Source: an uncultured Nitrososphaerota archaeon
GTDB taxonomy: Archaea; Thermoproteota; Nitrososphaeria; Nitrososphaerales; Gagatemarchaeaceae
Reading direction: 5' to 3'
DNA length: 64,000 nucleotides
Assembly (NCBI GenBank): GCA_963703285.1
Contig: OY969807.1
Coordinates: forward strand, 576,001 to 640,000
Part shown: positions 25,509 to 36,188 of the stretch, in pieces
Position numbering within the stretch: the first letter of the stretch is position 1
How the letters are laid out: each line of letters begins with the position of its first letter
Made by a program: the position numbers and the translations under genes
The notes under the pieces: model-generated
Seen by the model: the letters and a program-made list of their open reading frames with translations, nothing else
Told to the model about the DNA's origin: nothing
Database searches by the model: none

Positions 25509-27819
25509 CTAGGAAAGCGGCGCCGTGAACGAGCGCGAGAACGTCAGCCCTATCGCCGTGGTAACGGTGACCGTGTAGATCTGCCCCGGGATCCAGTCGA
25601 AGGACTCCGCCATGATTATCTTCTGCCCGGGGCTGAAGTAGAAGTTGGAAGCGAAGTTGGAGGTCGAGCGCGGCGCCAGGCCCCGTTATCACCAGCGAGA
25701 GCAGCTTGATGTCCGTGTTGCTTAGGTTCTTGAGTTCCACGACGGCCCTGGTCTCGTTGAAGGTCTGGATGACGGCGTAGATGGAGACCTTGACGGTGTA
25801 GGGCGTGAGCGGCTCCGTGCAGGCGTACGCAGGCGCGGGGCAGGCGGACGACGTGGCGTTTATCCTGATGTTCAGGTCCCCAGTCTCAGGCACCCCGACC
25901 TTCGTGTAGGTCGTCGAGTTGACGTAATACGCGGCCTGTGGAAGGGGTATGACGGTGTCTATCACGCTGGCGTTGGTGGTCGAGGCGGACCCGAACTGCG
26001 CCCAGAGCACGGGGTTGTAGACGAAACGCGAGTTGTCCGAGACGAACGCGTAGATCGTCGTGTTCTGGGGCGCGCTCGTCATGTTGACACCGAGCTCGAG
26101 CCCCTGTACCTGGTTGTAGCTCAGCCCGGTCGGAAGCTCGAAGGTCTGCGACCCGTAGTAGGTCGCGGGGTCCGGCTTCAGAGCTAGCCCCACGTTGTCT
26201 AGGTAGACCGACAGGGCGGGAGGATAGCCCGCCGACTCGGGGAACTGGCCCGGAACCGTCATCGCCACAGATATCGTGAGGGTGTAGGTGCCCGCGTACC
26301 ATCCTCCTCCCGCGGTGGTCCACGACACGGGCGGGATGAAGCAGGCGTCGCTCGTGACCCACCCGGAGGGCCCGAAGTCGTTCTGGACGGTGGGGTTCAC
26401 GTAGTAATAGTCGCTGGGGCTCGCGCCGCACGAGGTCCCGCCAATCGGAAGTTCGATCGTTCCCTTCGGTCCCTGGAGGTAGACCTGGTAGAGGACGAGG
26501 GAGTCGCGGGGGGCGTTGATCGACGCCATGTCGCTGTCCCAAGTCAGCGTGCAGCACTTGGACCCGGCGATGTTGGCCGCCGTCGCCTGGTCGAGATAGA
26601 AGGACGTGGTGAAGTCCGCGGTGCTCGTGAGCTGCTGGCCGTCCGAAATCGGCACCGAGTTGAACGATGGCTCGAAGGTCGCATACAGGCTCCCCGGCGC
26701 GCTCTCCGAGGACGCAACGAGCGTGTTGCTGTCGTAGCCCGCGGACATCCCGCTGGGGGTGAGGGGCTGCGACGGGGCCGGGTTGATGGCGGCGATGGAC
26801 GTTCCCGGCCCGAGCGCAACGATGATGAAGTTATCGTTTCCCGTTGGGGTTGGAGCGGGGTTGAACGCCGAGCCGGTCGTTATCGTCATTCCGCCGTTGC
26901 CGATGATCTCCAGACTTTGGCCCATCGCTGGTCCTGAGGTGTACTGAAGGAAGTCACCAAACCACTGGGCCGCCGTCCAAGTTGCTGCTGCGTCAGTTAG
27001 AATCGTGGGCGAAGCTGCCGTCGTGGTACCACTGAAGAGGGGGGAAGCCACCGTGGCGTTGACAGTTGCTATGGCCGTGTCGGTGAACGGGAGCATGCTG
27101 TTCTTCAGCCAAGACACGACGACGGTCATGTAGAACGTCCCGTGGGCATTTGGAACGCTCGCGGACCAGTCGAATGTCTGACTCCCACCGTTCGGCCCTA
27201 TTTCGAAGGGAAGGCTCGAGAGCCACGTGATGTTATTGCCCGTTACGTTCGGCGGGCCGGTCGCGAGGAACGTGGAGCCCCAGTTCACGGTCGTCGGTTG
27301 CGGGACCGGGACCGTCCACTGCGAGTCCACAAGGAGCGAGACCTTAGCGATCCCGTACGGCGAGCCGAGCGGATCACCATTCGTCACGGTTAGCGTAAAC
27401 GGGACTGTGGAGGGCGAAGAGGAGGAGGGGTAGATGTTCTGCGGGCTCGTCTGGACAGAGCCGGTGTCGCTCACTGGAGTGTAGCTGCGCGACGTCGTCC
27501 ATCCGTCCATGTTCGACGTGAAGTTCATGTTGCTGATGGGCAGGATCGGGTTCTGCTGGTTGTTCTGGCTCAGCGTGACGGAGCCGGTCGTCGCGTAGTT
27601 GAACGAGCTGTACGAAGTCAAACCGCCGAACACGATGTCCTGTACGCCAACCGCCTGCGCCTGGGCGCTGAGCGTGCTCGCGTTGGACGTGTGCTGACCG
27701 TCCACGTAGCTGTTGAAGGTCCCGAACATCGTCGCGAGGGCGCCGACCATCAGCACGACTATCAGGATGAAGAAGACCGCGCCGACGATGTTGGCTATCC
27801 CTGATCTTCTCGCTCTCAT
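25509..27819 (-). CDS. Large type IV pilin-like protein (class III signal peptide); single-base frameshift at ~25668 near the 3' end
   Basis: MRARRSG|IANIVGAVFF; paralog of 42630-44882; shifted frame restores FSPGQ..FDWIPGQIYTVTVTTAIGLTFS..* matching the paralog's C-terminus. Confidence 0.8.
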
Positions 27820-27821
27820 TC

Positions 27822-28703
27822 TCAAATCGCCGCGAGGTATCCGGTGAAGTACAGCAACAGCAGCACGGCGAGCGGCACGAAGACCACGGCCCAAAGGACT
27901 TTGTTCCACCTTAAGACCTTAGCCCCGTCCAGGGGCATCACGGGAAGCATGTTGAAAGCCCCCAGGAAGACGTTGAAGTACGAGCCGAGGAAGCCGGCGA
28001 GGAAGAGATAGGGGTTGTTCAGGTCCAGCCCGACCACATACAACGGCACGAAGAGGACCGCGATGATGACGTTGGTAAGCGGACCGGCGAATGAGATTAT
28101 CCCGTTCTCCTTGGTCCTTATGCCGTAACCTTCTATGTAGGTAGCCCCCGGCGCGGCGAATACGAAGCCGGTGAATGTCGAGATGACGAGCGCAAGCACA
28201 AGGCCCTGTGGCCACATCCGGAACTCCGCCTGGAATCCGTATCTCTGCGAAGTAAACTTGTGCATCAGCTCATGCAGTACGAACCCCGCGCCTACAGTCC
28301 CGAGCGCCATCACGAGCACCAGAGCTGTGGGTATGACCGTATGCGGCGAATTGGGGGCGCAGGTCAGAGCGACCGGGTTGCAGACGCCAATGACGTAGGC
28401 AAAGCCTTGGATGAGACCCCCGGTTTCTGCAATCGTGAACGCGGTCCCCAGGGCCAGCCATGCGATGATGATGTCCCTCACCTCGTGGCGCGTGAATGAC
28501 ATGGATATCGGCCTCCGGCCCGCTGAGACCGCGGCGTCGCTCCACGAGAAGGTGGAGGCGGTCGTCTCGGCCACCGGCCTACGGGAGAGGTCTCCGGTGC
28601 ACCTGTGCGACTCGGGGAGCCTGTGTTCCCCGCAGAACACGCCGCCGCAGTAGTTGCAGACGAAGGGCAGGGACTCCTCCTTGCCGCAGTACTGACAGTT
28701 CAA
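27822..28703 (-). CDS. AN1-type zinc finger fused to M50 (site-2) intramembrane metallopeptidase
   Basis: CQYC..CNYCGGVFCGEHRLPESHRC; HELMH; AGP; NMLPVMPLDG. Confidence 0.9.
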   Translation of the reverse strand: MNCQYCGKEESLPFVCNYCGGVFCGEHRLPESHRCTGDLSRRPVAETTASTFSWSDAAVSAGRRPISMSFTRHEVRDIIIAWLALGTAFTIAETGGLIQGFAYVIGVCNPVALTCAPNSPHTVIPTALVLVMALGTVGAGFVLHELMHKFTSQRYGFQAEFRMWPQGLVLALVISTFTGFVFAAPGATYIEGYGIRTKENGIISFAGPLTNVIIAVLFVPLYVVGLDLNNPYLFLAGFLGSYFNVFLGAFNMLPVMPLDGAKVLRWNKVLWAVVFVPLAVLLLLYFTGYLAAI

Positions 28704-28748
28704 TCGCTATTCGAGCCTTCCTCTGCCCGATATATACGGTCTCTGTGG

Positions 28749-31700
28749 CTAGATGACGCAGAACTTCACTGCGTACTGTGCGCCCGATGTCTGGACCCAT
28801 GTGAGCCCCACAGTGTTCCCTGAGTATGATATCGTCACGCCGCCAACGAGGCCCGACACTCCCGGAACCTCGACGGCCTGGGACCACGACACTGCGTAGT
28901 TCGGTGCCGCGCCCACTGTGCCCACCTGGAACGCGAGCTGGTCGTCGATGCCGTACGCGACGTAGAGGCTGCTCCCTCCGAACGCCATGGAGATGTGCCA
29001 CGAGTGGTTGACCACGGCGTTGGCCGGGATCACGGAGATCGAGAGTGCGGTGGGAGCCGAGAAGCATCCGCCGTTGGTCCCTGAGTAGCCCGCGGGGCAG
29101 GCTCCTCCGGCTGGGTTGTAGTTGAATGTGTAGAACTGGACGTCAGCCGAGCCTCCCGCGGCAGTCGCCAGGCCTGCGAAGAAGACCACGTCCGTTCCCG
29201 CTACCGGCATCACCACGCCCTGCTGCTGTTGGGTGTAGATCTGGACGCCGGACCAGCTCGCGGGGAGGTCGCTGCAGAAGCCGGACGCGAGGCTGCCGCC
29301 GAGGCAGTAGGTGTTGGACATCGTGTACCCGTGGTCGAAGACCGTTATGTGCGGATACTGGGGCGTGTTACCGACCGTGAAGGTCGCGGCGACGGCATCA
29401 GGCATCACGTAGAGCTCTGAGTGGACCTGGGAGTCGGGGCCGGTGTAGACCGCGTGCAGCTGGACGTCGCCAATCCCGCCTATAGCTGCCGGAATCTTCC
29501 AAGTCGTGAGCGTGAGCTGCCCTACCTCGACGTGCCACATCAGGTTGGAGTCGAGAGCGGGGATTGTGACCCAGATGCATCCCTCACCCGGGGAGACCGT
29601 CAGACACTGCGCCGACGAGTCGACGTAGATGTTGGGTGACCCGGCCGTGGTGAGACCCGGCGCCGTGTGCACCATCAGCATCTGGACAGGGCCGAGGCCG
29701 CAGTTGCCTGAGCACGCGGTCCACGAGATGGACGCGCCGCCAGCGTTGGCCACGACGGTACCGGAGGCAAAGTAGAAGCCGCCCGTGAACGAGGGTGAGA
29801 GCAGCACTAGGTAGACGTTGTTGTTGTAGTTGGCGACGGCGAAGGAGTACCCCTGGTCGATGCCGTTGACGATCTCCGTGGCCGGCCCCCACGAGTTGCC
29901 GGTGTTGTCCGTGCTCGCGCGGTAGACCAGGTTGGTCCCGTCCGAGTACACCACGAACCAGTGGTTGTCGGCGAAGAAGAGGGCGTTCTGGCTCCCGTAG
30001 GTTATCGCGTAGGCGCTCGTCGTGAACCCGATGGTGGTCACGCTCGGCGAGATGATGGTCAGCTGGTATGTTGAGCTCGACTGCAACCCGTCAGAGTCTG
30101 TCGCGGTCACCGTCCACGTGTAGACACCGAAGGGCGCGTTGGGCGCTATCGTAATCAGCATCGTCGAGGAGGCCCCGCTGGCGCTCGCCGGGAAGCCATT
30201 TGAGGTGTAGATGAGCGTCACTCCTGAAGGCAGGGCGCTGTTTGACAGCGTGATGACGCCGCTGCCACCCGTCGCGGTTATTGAGCAGCCCACCTGAGTT
30301 CCGACTCCCGCCGTCTCGGGCGTGCAGACGCTTATGGAGAGCGGTACAAGGAAGTTCGCGGTCGCGGTCTCAGGTCCGTTCATGGTGATCTGGATCGAGG
30401 GAGAGTCGCACGAAGGTGCGCAGGACCACCCTGACCAGTCTTCGAAGACCGCTCCGGGGGAGGTTGCGGTCGCCGTCAGGGTCGGGATCGTCCCCCCGAA
30501 GTACCACCCGGGCGACGCGCCGGCGCTGCTGGGGGGGGCGGCCGCGACCGTGCCCGCCGAGATCGGGTTAATCACCACCGTCAGGAGGTACTGTACCTCG
30601 AATGGCACTGTGACTGTGGCCGAGGGGTCCGCGGCCGACAGGGTTACCGGTGTGGGGACAGGGCCCGTGTAGGCGTACTGCGTCCCCGCAGGCAGCCATG
30701 CCTGCGGCGATGGGACGGTGTAGGTGTAGGACCCCACCGGAGCTGAGCTTATCACTATGTCCTGTGAAGTGCTCGAACACGTGTAGGTGGTTCCCGAGTC
30801 GAGGACGCACCCGGAGGATCCCGGATTCGGTATCGCTGACGGGGCGGTAACCTGCACGGACCACGAGGGCCCAATCAGATTCATGCCTGTCTCGACGAAT
30901 GCGAGTCCCGTGACCAGCGTGAAGCTGGCCGTTATGGTCCCGGTCCCGCTTATGACCGCGGTCGTGCTCGAGGACCCGGGCACTTCTATCAGGATGCTCC
31001 CGGTTTCACTCCACCCTCCGAAGCTGTAGCCGCCGATCCAGTTCCCGATGATGCTCACGCCGGGGAGACCCGCTGCCTCCCAGACCGGGGTTGCAAAGGG
31101 CACGGCCATGCCGCCGGCCGTTATCGAGCCCGTCCCCACGGGCGAGACCACGAAGGTCACCTGGAACTGGTGGTTGTAGACTATCGGGTCGGTGACCTCG
31201 TTGCTCTCGTAGATCGAGGGCCAGGAGCTTAAGCCGGGCTGAACCGTCCACTGCTCCGTGGGGAACGCACCGAGTATAGGATCGTTCACGAAGACCTGCT
31301 TCGTGGCGTCCAGCCAGACGACGTTGGCCGTGAGGTTCAGGAGGTGGGCCTTGTCGACGCCGAGCGAGTAGTAGTTTATCGTCACGCTGCTGGGGGCACC
31401 GTGGATCGCGCTGCCGTCGGAAGTTTCGTACACGAGCGTCTGTTGGAACTGGTGGTACCATACTATCGACGGGTTCGTAACGATGTTGGTGGCCGTGATG
31501 GTCCAGGATGCGGTTGGCGTGTACCAGCGCTCTCCCGAACCGCCGACGTAGGTCTGGGTCACGCTTGCCGTGGTGCCCGCGTCCATCCAGACTTGCGAGG
31601 TCGTCGCGTTGAGCGTGGGGGTCTTCACCACCCCGAACGCGGTGTAGGTTATCGGGGGCGGGCTGACCGGCGGCGTGGTCCCGTCTGAGATGGCGTACGC

Positions 31701-34598
31701 GAGGCTCTGTTCGTACTGCTTGAAGTAGGTGACCGCGAAGACGTTGCCTCCCGACGTTATGATCGGGGTGACTTGGGTGCTCGTCGGAGACAGGGTCCAC
31801 CTCGTCCCCGCAGGCACGTTGTTACCCTGCGCAGGAAATGAGACCGTCGTCCCGGCGTCCGTCCACTGAAGGGTGGTTATCGACGAAGTGCTGCCTGCCA
31901 GGGTCGCTATCGCTATCCCGGGCTGGCCGTACTGGGTCCCGTACAACACGAAGCTCACAGTGGGGTCGAAGGTCAGGCCGCCCGCGGCTGTGATCGTGTA
32001 GGAGTTCAGGAACTGGTGGTAGTACGGGATGTTGGCGAGCACTTCGTTCGGTGCGTTGATAATCCAGGCCGCGTCGGCCGGATTCGCCGCCCACTGTTCA
32101 TCCGGCTGTCCCGAGACGGCCGTGTTCACGTACGAGGTCGAGTTCCTCAAGATCCAGTAGGCGTCTGGTGTGCTCGTGGGCGCGAAGGAGGTAGATATCT
32201 CGTTCCAGGGCGACGAGGCCGTGAGACTGTACGGGGTTGTCTCCGTGGCCGCCGCGACGGGCCTGAACTCTGAGACCCCTTCGAGCGTGGCTCCCAGCGC
32301 GAGGTTGCCCGAGGGCGACGACGAGATGGTGTACCCCGAACCGGCCGAGACGGAGCACGCGCTCACGCACCCGGTGCTCAGCCCCGAGACTACTATGCTG
32401 CCGACCGTGGGGGCGTATGACGCGACCGCGGCTAAGAGCGACGTTCCCGTGCCTATCTTCGATGTGGGCGCGGCGTTCTTGACGTTCTGCATCTCGTAGA
32501 CCATGATGTCCGATGCCGCCGCCGCCTTCAGGTTGACGGTGATGGTGTCGGCACCGCTCGACGCCAGGTGCGCGTACCACATCTCGACGTCCCCGCCTGC
32601 GACCGAGGCCTCGCTGGTCGACTTGGCGTAGCCCGTCAGCAGCGAATCGGTGATCGAGTTGACCGTAGATGTGGAGACGGAGGACATCACGACCACCGCG
32701 AGCTCATCTCCCGAGACCACGTTGCTCGGCAGGGTTATCGAGCAGGATACTGCCGACGCGCAGCTCTTCGAGGCGAACTGGTAGACTCCGGCGCTGATGG
32801 CAAGGGCGATGTTCTGCGTCGAGGGCGTGCCGGTCGTTGACACTGCGCTGGGCGCTGTGTTGTAGTGTATAGTGGGCGCAGTCGGGCTGCCACCACCATA
32901 GACGGAGTAAACCGAAGGTTCTGAGAGAAGATCATAGTAGTAGTACCGCACGGTGACACCGTCCGAAGCGCCAAACGAGACCGCGCTGCACGGCGCGCTG
33001 GCCCCTTGGGTCCCGGCACCGTTGCCTATCGCCAAGCACCAGGCTTCCGTGGTGCTCGACCCGGAGGTCGTGGCAGAGATCGATACCAGAGTCTGGGAGA
33101 CAATGTTGGTAATCGTCAGGTACTGACCGTCGGAGAACGTGTATTGAGCGGTAACCTGAGTTGGGGAAGAACAAGACGGACTACAAGCCCAATACGTAAT
33201 CGTGTAGTAGTTGCTCGCTGTGACATTCTGCGTCTCTGTGAAGGGCGTCTGCTTGAACGCGTACTCGACAAGAGACAGCTGGACCGATACCGGCACCGCG
33301 CTTATGTCCAGGGTCGAGAAGCGCACGACCCCTCCGCTGTTCGTCCAGATGTAGGCCAGGGCGCTCCCATTGTCTCCCGATGTGGCGCTCAGGTCGTATC
33401 CTGAAACGACACTCTCGGTGTTCTCCGCTATGTATCGAGGGGGCGTTGCACTGCGTACCAACGTCCACACGAGAGTGGAAAGGGGCGCCGTGTCGTAGTA
33501 CACCGTAGCTCCGGACCCGAAAGCTAGCACCAGTGTAGACCCGCTGATAGACAGAGTGGGAACGAATGAGCTTCCCGCGTTTTCTACGGCTGTCTCTGGC
33601 GTCACGATCCCTCCCAGCGTGTAGGTGAAGAAGTTGGTGAATGTCGCCATCACACCTGCGACATAGATCGTCGTACCAGATACGACTGCAGAGAACTCAT
33701 AGACCTGATAGAACGTGCTGGCAGGACTGCTGGGGCCTGTCCAAGCAACGTACGATGAGCCGCTACTGACCAGGTAGTAGATATCGAGCGTGCCATATTG
33801 AGTACCAGCATTGGGATTGACGAAAAGCAAAGCCACATAATTCGTCACACCGGATGAGAGAGAAAGAAGGACCGGAGTGAGATACGTGCCACCGTTGCTG
33901 TTGAGAGCAAAGGTGCTGGAGCCGGATGCCGAACCCTGAGCCACCCAGTCTGACGGGGTTGCAGTGCAGGTGGAAAGCGCGGCTTGCTTGCAGGCCCAGG
34001 TCTCAACGAAGTAGTTGCTGGTTCCGGTATATATGGCGACCCAGGTGTAGCCGTTCCCGTCAACCGTTATTGAAGACGTTGTAAAACCGTTGACCGCATT
34101 CGCGAGATTGAATGTCCCACTCGTGTCTATCGTGACACCTCCGGTGGTAGGATTGACCGTGATTTCACCGAAATAAACGGCCTTCGCGCTGCTGGCAGGG
34201 GAAATCACCCAATAGATGTTGTCGCCTGCTTGGTATGCGTCAAATCCCCATCCATATGTCGTGAACCCGTTGGTCGTCAAGGTGGCCGGGGTAGACCACG
34301 TCTTGCCATCGAAGGAATACTGATATTCGATCCCTTTTACAGCGCTCCCGGTCGTGTAAAAGATCCACCAAGTGGTGTGGCCCAGACCCGTCGGCGTGCC
34401 GAAGACCTTCCTTTGGTCGGCAAACCCAGTAGCGTAGCTTGACCCGCTCGCAGGGTTCGTCGTGACTACTGCATGAGCCTGTTGCACGCCGAGCGCCACG
34501 GGCGCCGCGAACATCGCGATAATCGCGAGGGCAAGCACCAGCTTTCTGTCGGTTCTGAGTCTCCGGGAGAACCCGGGCCCGATGAGCTGGCCGGGCAT
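28749..34598 (-). CDS. Giant (~1950 aa) secreted multidomain adhesin/surface protein
   Basis: Signal peptide ending AHA; Asp-box-like YSFDGKTWS; repeated YYHQF/Y modules; InlB B-repeat-like and thermopsin-type repeats; start uncertain. Confidence 0.85.
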   Translation of the reverse strand: MPGQLIGPGFSRRLRTDRKLVLALAIIAMFAAPVALGVQQAHAVVTTNPASGSSYATGFADQRKVFGTPTGLGHTTWWIFYTTGSAVKGIEYQYSFDGKTWSTPATLTTNGFTTYGWGFDAYQAGDNIYWVISPASSAKAVYFGEITVNPTTGGVTIDTSGTFNLANAVNGFTTSSITVDGNGYTWVAIYTGTSNYFVETWACKQAALSTCTATPSDWVAQGSASGSSTFALNSNGGTYLTPVLLSLSSGVTNYVALLFVNPNAGTQYGTLDIYYLVSSGSSYVAWTGPSSPASTFYQVYEFSAVVSGTTIYVAGVMATFTNFFTYTLGGIVTPETAVENAGSSFVPTLSISGSTLVLAFGSGATVYYDTAPLSTLVWTLVRSATPPRYIAENTESVVSGYDLSATSGDNGSALAYIWTNSGGVVRFSTLDISAVPVSVQLSLVEYAFKQTPFTETQNVTASNYYTITYWACSPSCSSPTQVTAQYTFSDGQYLTITNIVSQTLVSISATTSGSSTTEAWCLAIGNGAGTQGASAPCSAVSFGASDGVTVRYYYYDLLSEPSVYSVYGGGSPTAPTIHYNTAPSAVSTTGTPSTQNIALAISAGVYQFASKSCASAVSCSITLPSNVVSGDELAVVVMSSVSTSTVNSITDSLLTGYAKSTSEASVAGGDVEMWYAHLASSGADTITVNLKAAAASDIMVYEMQNVKNAAPTSKIGTGTSLLAAVASYAPTVGSIVVSGLSTGCVSACSVSAGSGYTISSSPSGNLALGATLEGVSEFRPVAAATETTPYSLTASSPWNEISTSFAPTSTPDAYWILRNSTSYVNTAVSGQPDEQWAANPADAAWIINAPNEVLANIPYYHQFLNSYTITAAGGLTFDPTVSFVLYGTQYGQPGIAIATLAGSTSSITTLQWTDAGTTVSFPAQGNNVPAGTRWTLSPTSTQVTPIITSGGNVFAVTYFKQYEQSLAYAISDGTTPPVSPPPITYTAFGVVKTPTLNATTSQVWMDAGTTASVTQTYVGGSGERWYTPTASWTITATNIVTNPSIVWYHQFQQTLVYETSDGSAIHGAPSSVTINYYSLGVDKAHLLNLTANVVWLDATKQVFVNDPILGAFPTEQWTVQPGLSSWPSIYESNEVTDPIVYNHQFQVTFVVSPVGTGSITAGGMAVPFATPVWEAAGLPGVSIIGNWIGGYSFGGWSETGSILIEVPGSSSTTAVISGTGTITASFTLVTGLAFVETGMNLIGPSWSVQVTAPSAIPNPGSSGCVLDSGTTYTCSSTSQDIVISSAPVGSYTYTVPSPQAWLPAGTQYAYTGPVPTPVTLSAADPSATVTVPFEVQYLLTVVINPISAGTVAAAPPSSAGASPGWYFGGTIPTLTATATSPGAVFEDWSGWSCAPSCDSPSIQITMNGPETATANFLVPLSISVCTPETAGVGTQVGCSITATGGSGVITLSNSALPSGVTLIYTSNGFPASASGASSTMLITIAPNAPFGVYTWTVTATDSDGLQSSSTYQLTIISPSVTTIGFTTSAYAITYGSQNALFFADNHWFVVYSDGTNLVYRASTDNTGNSWGPATEIVNGIDQGYSFAVANYNNNVYLVLLSPSFTGGFYFASGTVVANAGGASISWTACSGNCGLGPVQMLMVHTAPGLTTAGSPNIYVDSSAQCLTVSPGEGCIWVTIPALDSNLMWHVEVGQLTLTTWKIPAAIGGIGDVQLHAVYTGPDSQVHSELYVMPDAVAATFTVGNTPQYPHITVFDHGYTMSNTYCLGGSLASGFCSDLPASWSGVQIYTQQQQGVVMPVAGTDVVFFAGLATAAGGSADVQFYTFNYNPAGGACPAGYSGTNGGCFSAPTALSISVIPANAVVNHSWHISMAFGGSSLYVAYGIDDQLAFQVGTVGAAPNYAVSWSQAVEVPGVSGLVGGVTISYSGNTVGLTWVQTSGAQYAVKFCVI

Positions 34599-34614
34599 GC
34601 CCCTGGCCGCCAAC

Positions 34615-34848
34615 TTAGACCGACACCCCGACCCTGGCAAGGCCAAGCCCCAGGACGAAAGGAAGAGCAGCGATCAGGCTCGCATCCGCCAACTCGGCCG
34701 AGGGAAGCTTCTGGACGGCTCGAGGCGACAGCATCAGCGACGGGCTCGGCAAGGAAATCAAATCAAAGGAGACGGCCAGTCGCCTCATGACGACCCCCTT
34801 GGCAGGAGACGTCAGGCTTCGCCAGGGTAGCGCTTCAGGCATGATCAT
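34615..34848 (-). CDS. Hypothetical small protein with C-terminal hydrophobic segment
   Basis: 77-aa ORF between a TATA-like box (~34897-34903) and the giant gene. Confidence 0.35.
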   Translation of the reverse strand: MIMPEALPWRSLTSPAKGVVMRRLAVSFDLISLPSPSLMLSPRAVQKLPSAELADASLIAALPFVLGLGLARVGVSV

Positions 34849-34894
34849 TGGCTTGCAAGCACCGTTCTCGGTATGAGTTACGCCTCCGGAATTG

Positions 34895-35010
34895 TGTTAT
34901 ATAAGATTAGTTCCAAGTTCGATTAGCGTGGATTTTCATGGGATTAATTCCCCATTTTATGCCTCTGGCGAATTAATATTAACGGATTATTAAAATAATA
35001 TTATTGGAAT
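34895..35010. promoter_or_regulatory. AT-rich divergent promoter region of the pilus locus with GGGATTAATTCCCC near-palindrome
   Basis: AT-rich island in GC-rich DNA; motif resembles copies at 50444 and 50467. Confidence 0.5.
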
Positions 35011-35321
35011 AACCCCGCTCAGATGAACAAGCAAGGGCGGTCGGTTGCGGGCGGGCGACAAGCGAAGCCGCTGCCAAAGGGTCTTGCGAAGTTCAGCTCC
35101 CAGGTCTAAACCGAGAAAGGCTATCATCGAGCGCAGAGGGGACTGAAGAGACCAGCCGGGCCGTCGGAGCCTGCCGCGCCTCACGCGTAGCGATGATTGA
35201 CCCGCGTGTCAACCAACACAACCACGAGTTGGTAAAATCTATATAAGCATCTTATGGAGCCAAATGTTGATGCGGAAGTCGGTGGTGGCCATTATTTTGA
35301 ACTCTGCACCTCGTAGGAAAG

Positions 35322-36188
35322 GTGAATATGCGCCCTTGCTCATTGGAGACTCCGCAGCCGGCGCCTGAGCTGGCGCAGGGTGGTCACATGTCTAGTTCCT
35401 CGAAGAAGAAAAAGGGCACCCGGTCAAAGTCGACCATTAACGCACGAAAGGTCAGGAGGAAGCGCGTCAAGAAGCGGCAAGCGCAGAGCGCCCGGCCGGG
35501 GGAATCCCGGGCCGCGGTCCAAGATGAAGTGAAGACAACCCCAGATGGGAGTGCGATGCCGGAGAACGTCCAACCGGTGTCCCTGGAGGCCGAGCCGGTC
35601 CCCCAGCCTGTCATCAACACCTCCCTGCTGCCCGAAGAGGCCCCTAACATAGTCACCGGGTACGTCAGGCTGATTACCCTCGGAGTGTCTTTCTTCCTCG
35701 CGGTCTACCTAGGCCTGGAGGCGTTCTCCATATTCGTCTCTTTTCCCGCAAAGCTGCCGATTTCAACCCTCCTGATGAATTACGGTCACCTTTCTAGCAA
35801 TTCTGCGGCCTACGCCCTGGTCGGAATCGCGGTCGCCGAGGTTGCAGTGGTCCAGCTCTGGGCCTGGAGGACGAGGCAGTCCAGTGAATTCTATGAGGAG
35901 TTCGAGGAGGAGCCTCCGCAAGCTCCGGCGGTCGCTCCCGAGTCGGCTCCGACCTCGGCGCCAGTACTGGAGGCGCAGGCTCCCCCGGCGCACCCGCCCG
36001 CGGTCATCATCGTCCCGAGCGCCCCTGAGGCAATGCCGACACAGATCGCGCCAGAGCCTGTCCCGACAACCACGGTTCTCTCTGCAGACCCCGTTGTCCC
36101 GACCCTTCCGCTTCCTGCCCCTGAAGCCATCCCAGAGCACCCCAAGATTCGAGGCCATCCCGGTCAGTCAGCCGATGGCAGCACCTGA
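35322..36188 (+). CDS. Basic N-terminus, 2-TM, Pro-rich protein; probably the frameshifted N-terminal part of the downstream ATPase
   Basis: Pro/Ala/Glu-rich composition continues in the +1 frame after ~36135; start could be 35328 or 35388. Confidence 0.65.
   Translation: MNMRPCSLETPQPAPELAQGGHMSSSSKKKKGTRSKSTINARKVRRKRVKKRQAQSARPGESRAAVQDEVKTTPDGSAMPENVQPVSLEAEPVPQPVINTSLLPEEAPNIVTGYVRLITLGVSFFLAVYLGLEAFSIFVSFPAKLPISTLLMNYGHLSSNSAAYALVGIAVAEVAVVQLWAWRTRQSSEFYEEFEEEPPQAPAVAPESAPTSAPVLEAQAPPAHPPAVIIVPSAPEAMPTQIAPEPVPTTTVLSADPVVPTLPLPAPEAIPEHPKIRGHPGQSADGST

Noticed and set aside
25306-27909. 867-aa ORF as given in the track
   Set aside because: Its first 30 codons overlap the M50 gene and its C-terminus is out of frame; the real gene is 25509-27819 with a frameshift
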